NCBI RefSeq assembly: GCF_009914755.1
Contig: NC_060933.1
Length of the DNA: 64,000 nucleotides
Source: the human T2T-CHM13v2.0 reference genome, Homo sapiens
Direction: 5' to 3' (one strand)
Below, one piece after another: positions 41,160-54,890 of this stretch; position 1 is the stretch's first letter, and the number at the start of each line of letters is the position of its first letter. Below the pieces are notes generated by a model. That model saw only the letters and a program-made list of their open reading frames with translations, searched no databases and was not told where the DNA came from. The translations under genes were made by a program, and so were the position numbers.

Positions 41160-43290
41160 TTGCAATCGAGTTGATTCCATTCCATTCCATTCCATTCCGT
41201 TCCGGATGATTCCATTCCATTCCATTCCATTCCATTCCATTCCCCTGCAGTCGGGTTGATTCCATTCCATTCCATTCCATTCCATTCCATTCCATTCCGT
41301 TCCGTTCAATTCCATTCCATTCCATTCTATTCGGGTTAATTCCATTCCCTTCCATTCCATTCCATTCCATTCCATTCCATTCGATTCCAATCGATTTGAA
41401 TCCATTCCATTCCATTCCATTCCATTCCACTCCATTCCAGTCCTTTCCATTCCATTACACTCGGGTTGATTCCATTCTATTCCTTTCCACTCCATTCCAT
41501 TCCATTGCAATCGAGTTGACTCCATTGCTTTGCATTCCATTCCATTCCATTCCATTCCGGATGATTCCATTCCATTGCATTCCATTCCATTCCATTCCCC
41601 TGCACTCGGGTTGATTCCATTCCATTCCACTCCTTTCCGTTCCATTCCATTCCATTCCATTTTATTCGGGTTAATTCCATTCCATTCCATTTCATTCCAT
41701 TCCATTCCATTACAATCGAGTTGATTCCCTTCCATTCCATTCCATTCCATTCCATTCCAGTCCTTTCCATTCCATTCCACTCGGTTTGATTCCATTCTAT
41801 TAGTTTCCATTCCATTCCATTCCCTTCCATTCCACTCTGGTTGATTCCTTTCCTTTCCATTCCACTCGAATACATTCCCTCCTATTCCACTCGGAACGAT
41901 TCCATTCCATTCCATTACATTCCATTCCATTCCATTCCATTCCAGTTCGTTCCATTCCATTCTATTCCGTACCATTCCATTCCATTCCTTTCCATTCCAT
42001 TACTTTCCACTCGTGTTGATTCCATTCCTTTCCATTCCATTCGGTTTGAAGGCATTCCATTCCATTCAATTCCATTCCATTCCATTCCATTCCATTCCAT
42101 TCCATTCCATTCCATTCTATTCCATTCCATTGCAATCGAGTTGAATCCATTGCCTTTCATTCCATTCCATTCCATTCCATTCCATTCCGGATGATTCCAT
42201 TCCATTCCATTCCATTCCATTTCATTCCCCTGCACTCGCGTTGATTCCATTCCATTCCATTCCATTCCATTCCGTTCCGTTCCATTCCATTCCATTCCAT
42301 TCCATTCCATTCCGTTCCGTTCCATTCCATTCCATTCCATTCTATTCGGGTTAATTCCATTCCATTCCATTCGATTGCCATCGAGTTGATTCCATTCCAT
42401 TCCATTCCATTCCATTCCTTTCCATTCCATTCCTTTCCATTCCATTACGGATGACTCCATTCCATTGCATTCCATTCCATTCCATTCCCCTGTACTCGGG
42501 TTGATTCCATTCCATTCCATTCCACTCCATTCGGTTCCGTTGCATTCCATTCTATTGCATTCCATTCTATTCGGGTTAATTCCATTCCATTCTATTCCAT
42601 TCCATTCCATTCCATTCCATTGCAATGGAGATGATTCCATTCCATTCCATTCCATTCCGGATGATTCCATTCCATTGCATTCCATTCCTTTCCATTCCCC
42701 TGCACTCGTGTTCTTTCCATTCCGTTCCATTCCATTCCATTCCATTCTGTTCCGGTTAATTCCATTCCATTCCATTCCATTCCATTCCATTCCATTCCAT
42801 TGCAATCGAGTTGATTGCATTCCATTCCTTTCCATTCCATTCCATTGCCTTGCATTCCACTCGGGTTGATTCCATTCCCTTCTTTCCACTCCATTACATT
42901 CCCTTCCATTCCACTCGGAATGATTGATTCCATTCCATTCCATTCCATTTCATTCCATTGCAATCCATTCCAATCCATTCCATTCCATTCCATTCCACTC
43001 GAGTTGACTTCATTCCATTCCTTTCCATTCCATTCCATTCCTTTCCACTCGAGTTGATTCCATTCCATTCCAATCCATTGCATTCCATTCCATGCCATTC
43101 CACTCGGGTTGATTCCATTCCTTTGCATTGCATTCCATTCCATTCCATTCCATTCCGTTTCATTCCATTCCATTACATTCGGATTGATTCTATTCAACTC
43201 CTTTACTCTCCATTACATTCCATTCCATTCGGGTTGTTCCATTCCATTCCATTCCATTCCACTCCATTCCATTGCACTCGGGTTGATTCC
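41160..43290 (+). repeat. More diverged paralog of 39-3240 lacking ~1.07 kb (approx. 850-1920)
   Basis: Module order matches 39-850 (CCGTTCCGGATG, CTGCAGTCGGG, CATTACACTCGGG...CTATTCCTTTCC) and then 1920-3240 (GGTTTGAAGGC, CGATTGCCATCGAG, GGATGACTCC, GCAATGGAG, GAGTTGACTTC). Confidence 0.7.
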
Positions 43291-46200
43291 ATTCCATTCC
43301 ATTCCATTCCATTCCATTCCGTTCCGTTCCATTCCATTCCATTCCATTCCATTCCGTTCCCTTCCATTCCATTCCATTCCATTCTATTCGGGTTAATTCC
43401 ATTCCATTCCATTCGATTGCAATCGTGTTGATTCCATTCCATTCCATTCCATTCCATTCCATTCCATTCCATTCCATTCCTTTCCATTCCATTACGGATG
43501 ATTCCATTTCATTGCATTCCATTCCATTCCATTCCCCTGTACTCGGGTTGATTCCATTCCATTGCATTCCAATCCATGCCCTTCCACTCGTGTTGAGTCC
43601 ATTCATTCCATTCCATTCAAGTTGAATCCATTCCATTGCATTCCATTCCATTCGATTCCATTCGATTGCATTCGGGTTGATTCCATTCCATTGCATTCCA
43701 TTCCATTCCATTCCATTCCATTCCATTCCATTCCGTTCCATTCCATTCCATTACATTCGGATTGATTCTATTCAATTCCCTTACACTCCATTACATTCCA
43801 TTCCATTCGGGTAGTTTCCATTCCATTCCATTCCATTCCTCTCCATTCCATTGCACTCAGGTTGATTCCATTCCATTGCATTCCATTCCATTCCATTCAA
43901 TCCATTCCGTTCCATTCCATTCCATTATATTCGGATTGATTCTATTCAACTCCCTTACTCTCCATTACATTCCATTCCATTCGGGTTGTTCCATTCCATT
44001 CCATTCCATTCCACTCCATTCCATTGCACTCGGGTTTATTCAATTCCACTCCATTCCATTCCATTCCGGAAGATTCCATTCCATTGCATTCCATTCCATT
44101 CCATTCCCCTGCACTCGCGTTGATTCCATTCCATTCCATTCCATTCAATTCCATTCCATTCCATTCCATTCCAATCCAGTTGATTCCATTCCATTCCCTT
44201 ACATTTCATTCCATTCCACTCCATTCCAGTCCTTTCCATTCCATTCCACTCGGGTTGATTCCATTCTATTCCTTTCCATTCCATTCCATTCCATTGCAAT
44301 CGAGTTGATTCGATTGCTTTGCATTCCATTCCATTCCATTCCATTCCGGATGATTAAATTCCATTGCATTCCATTCCATTCCATTCCCCTGCACTCGGGT
44401 TGATTCCATTCCATTCCACTCCATTCCGTTCCATTCCATTCCATTCCATTGTATTCGGGTTAATTCCATTCCATTCCATTCCATTCCATTCCATTCCATT
44501 CCATTACAATCGATTTGATTCCATTCCATTCCATTCCATTCCATTCCATTCCAGTCCTTTCCATTCCATTCTACTCGGGTTGATTTCATTCTGTTAGTTT
44601 CCATTCCATTCCATTCCCTTCCATTCCACTCTGGTTGATTCCATTCCTTTCCATTCCACTCGAATACATTCTCTCATATTCCACTCGGAACGATTCCATT
44701 CCATTCCATTCCATTCCATTCCATTCCATTCCATTTCGTTCCATTCCATTCTATTCCGTACCATTCCATTCCATTCCATTCCATTCCATTCCATTCCACT
44801 CGTGTTGATTCCATTCCTTTCCATTCCATTCGTTTTGAAGCCATTCCATTCCATTCAATTCCACTCCATTCCATTCCATTCCATTCCATTCCATTCTATT
44901 CCATTCCATTGTACTCGGGTTGATTCCATTCCATTGCATTCCATCCCATTCCATTCCATTCCATTCCGTTCCATTACATTCGCATTGATTCTATTCAACT
45001 CCCTTACACTCCATTCCATTCCATTCCATTCGGGTTGTTCCATTCCATTCCATTCCATTCCACTCCATTCCATTGCACTCGGGTTGATTCGATTCCATTC
45101 CATTCCATTCCATTCCATTCCGGATGATTCCATTCCATTGCATTCCGTTCCATTACATTCCCCTCCACTCGCATTGATTCCATTCCATTCCATTCCATTC
45201 CATACCATTCCATTCCATTCCATTCCATTCCATTCCATTCCATTGCGTTCCGTTCCATTCCGTTCCATTCCATTCCATTCTATTCGGGTTAATTCCATTC
45301 CATTCCATTCCATTCCATTCCATTCTATTCCATTCCATTGCAATCGAGTTGAATCCATTGCATTCCATTCCATTCCATTCCATTACGGAAGATTCCATTC
45401 CATTGCATTCCATTCCATTCCATTCCCCTGCACTCGCGTTTATTCCATTCCATTCCATTCCGTTCCGTTCCGTTCCATTCCATTCCATTCCATTCCATTC
45501 CACTCCATTCCATTCCATTCCGTTCCGTTCCATTCCATTCCATTCCGTTCTATTCGGGTTAATTCCATTCCATTCCATTCGATTGCAATGAGAGTTGATT
45601 CCATTCCATTCCATTCCATTCCATTCCATTCCTTTCCATTCCATTCCTTCCCATTCCATTACGGATGATTCCATTCCATTGCATTCCATTCCGTTCCATT
45701 CCCTTGTACTGGGGTTGATTCCATTCCATTCCATTCCAATTCATGCCATTCCACTCGTGTTGATTCCATTCTTTCCATTCCATTCAAGTTGAATCAATTC
45801 CATTGCATTCCATTCCATTCGATTCCATTCGATTGCACTCGGGTTGATTCCATTCCATTGCATTCCATTCCATTCCATTCCATTCCATTCCATTCCATTC
45901 CGTTCCATTCCATTCCATTACATTCGGATTGATTCTTTTCAACTCCCTTACTCTCCATTACATTCCTTTCCATTCGGGTTGTTCGATTCCATTCCATTCC
46001 TTTCCACTCCATTCCATTGCACTCGGGTTGATTCCATTCCATTCCATTCCATTCCATTCCATTCTATTCCATTCCATTCCCCTGCACTCGCGTTGATTCC
46101 ATTCCATTTCATTCCATTCCATTCCATTCCATTCCATTCTTTTCCGTTCCATTCCATTCCATTCCATTCCATTCCGTTCCGTTCCATTCCATTTCATTCC

Positions 46201-47490
46201 ATTCTATTCGGGTTAATTCCATTCCATTCCATTCGATTGCAATCGAGTTGATTCCATTCCATTCCATTCCATTCCATTCCATTCCATTCCATTCCATTCC
46301 TTTCCATTCCATTACGGATGATTCCATTCCATTGCATTCCATTCCATTCCATTCCCCTGTAGTCGGGTTGATTCCATTCCATTCCATTCCAATCCATGCC
46401 ATTCCACTCGTGTTGATTCCATTCTTTCCATTCCATTCAGGTTGAATACATTCCATTGCATTCCATTCCATTCGATTCCATTCGATTGCACTCGGGTTGA
46501 CTCCATTCCATTGCATTCCATTCCATTACGTTCCATTCCATTTCATTACATTCAGATTGATTCTCTTCAATTCCCTTACACTCCATTATATTCCAATCCA
46601 TTCTGGTTGTTTCCATTCCATTCCATTCCATTTCACTCCATTCCATTGCACTCGGGTTAATTCCATTGCATTCCATTCCATTCCATTCCGGATGATTCCA
46701 TTCCATTGCATTCCATTCCATTCCATTCCCCTGCACTCGGGTTGATACCATTCCATTCCATTACATTACATTCCGTTCCATTCCATTCCATTCCATTCGG
46801 ATTGATTCTATTCAATTCCCTTACACTCCATTACATTCCATTCCATTCGGGTAGTTTCCATTCCTTTCCATTCCATTTCTCTCTATTCCATTGTACTCGG
46901 GTTGATTCCATTCCATTCCATTCCATTCCATTCCATTCCATTCCATTCCATTCCATTCCATTGTACTCGGGTTGATTCCATTCCATTGCATTCCATTACA
47001 TTCCATTCCATTCCATTCCGTTCCATTCCATTACATTCCATTCGGATTGATTCTATTCAACTCCCTTACTCTCTATTACATTCCATTCCATTCGGGTTGT
47101 TCCATTCCATTCTATTCCATTGCACTCCATTCCATTGCACTCAGGTTGATTCCATTCCATTCCATACCATTCAATTCCATTCCGGATGATTCCATTCCAT
47201 TCCATTCCCTTCCATTCCACTCTGGTTGATTCCATTCCTTTCCATTCCACTCGTATGCATTCCGTCCTATTCCACTCGGAACAATTCCATTCCATTCCAT
47301 TCCATTCCACTCGTGTTGATTCCATTCCTTTCCGTTCCATTCGGTTTGAAGCCATTCCATTCCATTCAATTCCATTCCATTCCATTCCGTTCCATTCCAT
47401 TTCATTCCATTGTACTCGGGTTGATTCCATTCCATTGCATTCCATTCCATTCCATTCAATTCCATTCCGTTCCATTCCATTCCATTACAT

Positions 47491-47590
47491 TCGGATTGAT
47501 TCTATTCAACTCCCTTACTCTCAATTACATTCCATTCCATTCGGATTGATTCTATTCAACTCCCTTACTCTCCATTACATTACATTCCAT
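47491..47590 (+). repeat. 50-bp tandem duplication of the TCGGATTGATTCTATTCAACTCCCTTACTC module
   Basis: Module starts at 47491 and again at 47541. Confidence 0.9.
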
Positions 47591-50500
47591 TCGGGTTGTT
47601 CCATTCCATTCCATTCCATTCCACTCCATTCCATTGCACTCGGGTTGATTCCATTCCATTCCATTCCATTCCATTCCATTCCATTCCATTCCATTCCATT
47701 CCGGATGATTCCATTCCATTGCATTCCGTTCCATTACATTCCCCTGCACTCGGGTTGATTCCATTCCATTCCATTCCATTCCATTCGATTCCATTCCATT
47801 CCAATTCTTTCCTTTCCATTCTATTCCGTACCATTCCATTCCATTCCATACAAATCCATTCCATTCCATTCCATTCCTTTCCGTTCCGTTCCGTTCCGTT
47901 CCGTTCCATTCCATTCCATTCCATTCTATTCGGGTTAATTCCATTTCATTCCATTCCATTCCATTCTATTGCATTCCATTGCAATCGAGTTGAATCCATT
48001 GCATTCCATTCCATTCCATTCCGGAAGATTCCATTCCATTGCAATCTATTCCATTCCATTCCCCTGCACTCGCGTTGATTCCATTCCATTTCATTCCCTT
48101 CCATTCCATTACATTCGGATAGATTCTATTCAATTCCCTTATTCTCCATTACATTCCATTCCATTCGGGATGTTTCCATTCCATTCCATTCCATTCCACT
48201 CCATTCCATTGCATCAGGTTGATTGCATTCCATTCCATTCCATTCCGTTCCGGATGATTCCATTCCATTGCATTCCATTCCATTCCATTCCCCTGCAGTC
48301 GGGTTGATTCCATTCCATTGCATTCCATTCCATTCCATTCCATTCCATTCTGTTCCATTCCATTCCATTCCATTCTATTCGGGTTAATTCCAATCCATTC
48401 CATTCCATTCCATTCCAATCGACTTGATTCCATTCCATTCCATTCCATTCCATTCCACTCTATTCCAGTCCTTTCCATTCCATTCCACTCGGGTTGATTC
48501 CATTCTATTCCTTTCCATTCCATTCCATTCCATTGCAATCGAGTTGATTCCATTTCTTTGCATTCCGTTCCATTCCATTCCATTCCATTATATTCGGGTT
48601 AATTCCATTGCATTCCATTCCATTCCATTCGGGTAGTTTCCATTCCATTCCATTCCATTCCTCTCCATTCCATTGCACTCGGGTTGATTCCATTCCATTG
48701 CATTCCATTCCATTCCATTCCATTCCATTCCATTCTATTCCATTCTATTCCATTCCATTGTACTCGGGTTGATTCCATTCCATTGCATTCCATTCCATTC
48801 CATTCCATTCCATTCCATTCCATTCCATTCCATTCCATTCCATTCCGGATGATTCCATTCCATTGCATTCCATTCCATTCCATTCCCCTGCACTCGGTTT
48901 GATTACATTCCATTCCCTTCCCTTCCATTCCTTTCCATTCCATTCCATTCCATTCTATTCGGGTGAATTCCGTTCCATTCCATTGCATTCCATTCCATTC
49001 CATTCCATTCCATTCCGTTCCATTCCATCCCATTACATTTGGATTGATTCTATTCAATTCCCTTACACTTCATTACATTCCATTCCATTCGGGTAGTTTC
49101 CATTCCATTCCATTCCATTCCTCTCCATTCCATTGCACTCGGGTTGATTCCATTCCATTCCATTCCATTCCATTCCATTCCATTCCATTGTACTCGGGTT
49201 GATTCCATTCCATTGCATTGCATTCCATTCCATTCCGTTCCATTCCATTCCATTACATTCGGGTTGATTCTATTCAACTCCCTTACTCTCCATTACATTC
49301 CATTCCATTCGTGTTGTTCCATTCCATTCCATTCCATTCCACTCCATTGCATTGCACTCGGGTTGATTCCATTCCATTCCATTCCATTCTATTCCATTCC
49401 GGATGATTCCATTCCATTGCATTCCGTTCCATTATATTCCCCTGCACTCGGGGTGATTCCATTCCATTCCATTCCATTCCATACCATTCCATTCGATTAC
49501 ATTCCATTCCAATTCTTCCATTCCATTCTATTCCGTACCATTCCATTCCATTCCATACAATTCCATTCCATTCCATTCCATTCCATTCCATTCCGTTCCG
49601 TTCCGTTCCGTTCCATTCCATTCCATTCCATTCCATTCTATTCCACTCCATTGCAATCGAGTTGAATCCATTGCATTCCATTCCATTCCATTCCATTCCA
49701 TTTCGGAAGATTGCATTCCATTGCATTCCATTCCATTCCATTCCCCTGCAGTCGCGTTGAATCCATTCCATTCCATTCCATTCCATTCCATTCCATTCCA
49801 TTCCTTTCCGTTCCATTCCATTCCATTCCATTCCATTCCTTTCCATTCCGTTCCGTTCCATTCCATTCCATTCCATTCTATTCGGGTTAATTCCATTCCA
49901 TTCCATTCGATTACAATTGAGTTGATTCCATTCCATTCCATTCGATTCCATTCCATTCCATTCCATTCCATTCCATTCCTTTCCATTCCATTACGGATGA
50001 TTCCATTCCATTGCATTCCATTCCATTCCATTCCCCTGTACTCGGGTTGATTCCATTCAATTCCATTCCAATCCATGCCACTCCACTCGTGTTGATTCCA
50101 TTCTTTCCATTCCATTCAAGTTGAATCCTTTCCATTGCATTCCATTCCATTCGATTCCATTCGATTGCACTCGGGTTGATTCCATTCCATTGCATTCCAT
50201 TCCATTCCATTCCATTCCATTCCATTCCATTCCGTTCCATTCCATTTCATTACATTCAGATTGATTCTATTCAATTCCCTTACACTCCATTATATTCCAA
50301 TCCATTCTAGTTGTTTCCATTCCATTCCATTCCATTTCACTTGTGTTGATTCCATTCCTTTCCATTCCATTCGGTTTGAAGCCATTCCATTCCATTCAAT
50401 TCCACTCCATTCCATTCCATTCCATTCCATGCCATTCCACTCGGGTTGATTCCATTCCTTTCCATTCCATTCTTGTTGAATCCATTCCATTCCATTCTAT

Positions 50501-51615
50501 TCCATTCGAATCCATTCCATTGCACTCGGGTTGATTCCATTCCATTCCATTCCATTCCATTGCAATCGAGTTGATTCCATTCCAATCCATTCCATTCCGT
50601 TCCGGATGATTCCATTCCATTCCATTCCATTCCATTCCATTCCATTCCTCTGCAGTCGGGTTGATTCCATTCCATTCCATTCCATTCCATTCCATTCCAT
50701 TCCATTCCATTCCGTTCAATTCCATTCCATTCCATTGTATTCGGGTTAATTCCATTCCATTCCATTCCATTCCATTCCATTCCATTCCATTCCAATCGAG
50801 TTGATTCCATTCCATTCCATTCCATTCCATTCCACTCCATTCCGTTCCATTCCATTCCATTCCATTGTATTCGGGTTAATTCTATTCCATTCCATTCCAT
50901 TATACTCCATTCCAGTCCTTTCCATTCCATTCCACTCGGGTTGATTCCATTCTATTCCTTTCAATTCCATTCCATTCCATTGCAATCGAGTTGATTCCAT
51001 TCGAGTTGAATCCATTCCATTCCATTCCATTCCATTCCATTGCACACGGGTTCATTCCATTCCATTCCATTCCATTCCATTCCATTCCATTCCATTCCAT
51101 TTCATTCCATTCTATTCTATTCCGTACCATTCCATTCATTCCCATTGCATTCCATTCCATTCCATGCCATTACACTCGGGTTGATTCCATTCCTTTCCAT
51201 TCCATTCTTGTTGAATCCATTCCATTCCATTCTATTCCATTCGAATCCATTCCATTGCACTCGGGTTGATTCCATTCCATTCCATTCCATTCCATTTCAT
51301 TCCATTCCATTCCATTACATTCGGATTGAATCTATTCAATTCCCTTACACTCCATTCCATTCCATTCCATTCCATTCCATTCCATTCCACTCCATTCCAC
51401 TGCGTCAGGTTGATTGCATTCCATTCCATTCCATTCCATTCCGGATGATTCCATTCCATTGCATTTAATTCCATTCCATTCCCCTGCACTCGGGTTGATT
51501 CCATTCCATTCCATTCCATTCCATTCCATTCCGTTCCATTCCATTCCATTCCATTCTATTCCGGTTAATTCCATTCCATTCCATTCCATTCCATTCCATT
51601 CCATTCCATTCCATT

Positions 51616-54600
51616 GCAATCGAGTTGCTTCCATTCCATTCCATTCCATTCCGTTCCGGATGATTCCATTCCATTCCATTCCATTCCATTCCATTCCTCT
51701 GCAGTCGGGTTGATTCCATTCCATTCCATTCCATTCCGTTCCATTCCATTCCATTCCGTTCAATTCCATTCCATTCCATTCTATTCGGGTTAATTCCATT
51801 CCATTCCATTCCATTCCATTCCATTCCATTCCAATCGAGTTGATTCCATTCCATTCCATTCCATTCCATTCCACTCCATTCCAGTCCTTTCCATTCCATT
51901 ACACTCGGGTTGATTCCATTCTATTCCTTTCCATTCCATTCCATTCCATTGGAATCGAGTTGATTCCATTGCTTTGCATTCCATTCCATTCCATTCCATT
52001 CCGGATGATTCCATTCCATTGCATTCCATTCCATTCCATTCCCCTGCACTAGGGTTGATTCTATTCCATTCCACTCCATTCCGTTCCATTCCATTCCATT
52101 CCATTGTATTCGGGTTAATTCTATTCCATTCCATTCCATTCCATTCCATTCCATTCCATTCCATTCCATTACAATCGAGTTGATTCCATTCCATTCCATT
52201 CCATTCCATTCCATTCCATTCCATTCCAGTCCTTTCCATTCCATTCCACTCGGGTTGATTCCATTCTATTAGTTTCCATTCCATTCCATTCCCTTCCATT
52301 CCACTCTGGTTGATTCCATTCCTTTCCATTCCACTCGAATACATTCCCTCCTATTCCACTCGGAACGATTCCATTCCATTCCATTCCATTCCATTCCATT
52401 CCATTCCATTCCATTCCAGTTCGTCCCATTCCATTCTATTCCGTACCATTCCATTCCATTCCATTCCATTCCATTCCATTCCATTCCATTCCGTTCCGTT
52501 CCATTCCATTCCATTCCATTCCATTCGGATTAATTCCATTCCACTCCATTCGATCGCAATCGAGTTGATTCCATTCCATTCCATTCCATTCCATTCCATT
52601 CCATTCCATTCCATTCCTTTCTATTCCATTACTGATGATTCCTTTCCATTGCATTCCATTCCATTCCATTCCCCTGTACTCGGGTTGATTCCATTCCATT
52701 CCATTCCAATCCATGCCATTCCACTCGTGTTGATTCCATTCTTTCCATTCCATTCAAGATGAATCCATTTCATTGCATTCCATTCCATTCCATTCCCCTG
52801 CAGTCGGGTTGATTCCATTCCATTCCATTCCATTCCATTCCATTCCATTCCGTTCCGTTCCTTTCCGTTCCGTTCCATTCCATTCCATTCCATTCTTCGG
52901 GTTAATTCCATTCCATTCCATTCCATTCCAATCCAGTTGATTCCATTCCATTCCATTCCATTCCATTCCACTCCTTTCCAGTCCTTTCCATTCCATTCCA
53001 CTCGGGTTGATTCCAATGTATTCCTTTCCATTCCATTCCATTCCATTGCAATCGAGTTGATTCCATTGCTTTGCATTCCATTCCATTCCATTCTATTCCG
53101 GATGATTCCATTCCATTGCATTCCATTCCATTCCATTCCCCTGCACTCGGGTTGATTCCATTCCATTCCACTGCATTCCGTTCCATTCCATTCCATTCCA
53201 TTGTATTCGGGTTAATTCCATTCCATTCCATTCCATTCCATTCCATTCCATTCCATTCCATTCCATTACAATCGAGTTGATTCCATTCCATTGCATTCCA
53301 TTCCATTCCATTCCAGTCCTTTCCATTCCATTCCACTCGGGTTGATTCCATTCTATTAGTTTCCATTCCATTCCATTCCCTTCCATTCCACTCTGGTTGA
53401 TTCCATTCCTTTCCATTCCACTCGAATACATTCCCTCCTATTCCACTCGGAACGATTCCATTCCATTCCATTGCATTCCATTCCATTCCATTCCATTCCA
53501 TTCCAGTTCGTTCCATTCCGTTCTATTCCGTACCATTCCATTCCATTCCATTCCTTTCCATTCCATTCCTTTCCACTCGTGTTGATTCCATTCCTTTCCA
53601 TTCCATTCGGTTTGAAGGCATTCCATTCCTTTCAATTCCATTCCATTCCATTCCATTCCATTCCATTCCATTCCATTCCATTGCAATCGAGTTGAATCCA
53701 TTGCCTTTCGTTCCATTCCATTCCATTCCATTCCGGAAGATTCCATTCCATTGCATTCCATTCCATTCCATTCCCCTGCACTCGCGTTGATTCCATTCCA
53801 TTCCATTCTATTCCATTCCGTTCCGTTCCATTCCATTCCATTCCATTCCATTCCGTTCCATTCCATTCCATTCCATTCTATTCGGGTTAATTCCATTCCA
53901 TTCCATTCGATTGCCATCGAGTTGATTCCATTCCATTCCATTCCATTCCATTCCATTCCATTCCATTCCATTCCTTTCCATTCCATTACGGATGACTCCA
54001 TTCCATTGCATTCCATTCCATTCCATTCCCCTGTACTCGGGTTGATTCCATTCCATTCCATTCCACTCCATTCGGTTCCGTTGCATTCCATTCTATTGCA
54101 TTCCATCTATTCGGGTTAATTCCATTCCATTCTATTCCATTCCATTCCATTCCATTCCATTGCAATGGAGTTGATTCCATTCCATTCCATTCCATTCCGG
54201 ATGATTCCATTCCATTGCATTCCATTCCATTCCATTCCCCTGCACTCGTGTTGATTCCATTCCCTTCCATTCCATTCCATTCCGTTCCATTCCATTCCAT
54301 TCCATTCTATTCCGGTTAATTCCATTCCATTCCATTCCATTCCATTCCATTCCGTTGCAATCGAGTTGATTCCATTCCATTCCTTTCCATTCCATTCCAT
54401 TGCGTTGCATTCCACTCGGGTTGATTCCATTCCCTTCTTTCCACTCCATTACATTCCCTTCCATGATTGATTCCATTCCATTCCATTCCATTTCATTCCA
54501 TTGCAATCCATTCCAATCCATTCCATTCCATTCCATTCCACTCGAGTTGACTTCATTCCATTCCTTTCCATTCCATTCCATTCCTTTCCACTCGAGTTGA

Positions 54601-54890
54601 TTCCATTCCATTCCAATCCATTGCATTCCATTCCATGCCATTCCACTCGGGTTGATTCCATTCCTTTGCATTCCATTCCATTCCATTCCATTCCATTCCA
54701 TTCCGTTGTATTCCATTCCATTACATTCGGATTGATTCTATTCAACTCCCTTACTCTCCATTACATTCCATTCCATTCGGGTTGTTCCATTCCATTCCAT
54801 TCCATTCCACTCCATTCCATTGCACTCGGGTTGATTCCATTCCATTCCATTCCATTCCGGATGATTCCATTCCATTGCATTCCATTCCAT
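51616..54890 (+). repeat. Copy B of the ~3.25-kb segment at 39-3280
   Basis: Same private variants as copy A. The offset drifts from 51,577 to 51,612 in multiples of 5. Similarity ends near 3280/54890. Confidence 0.92.
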
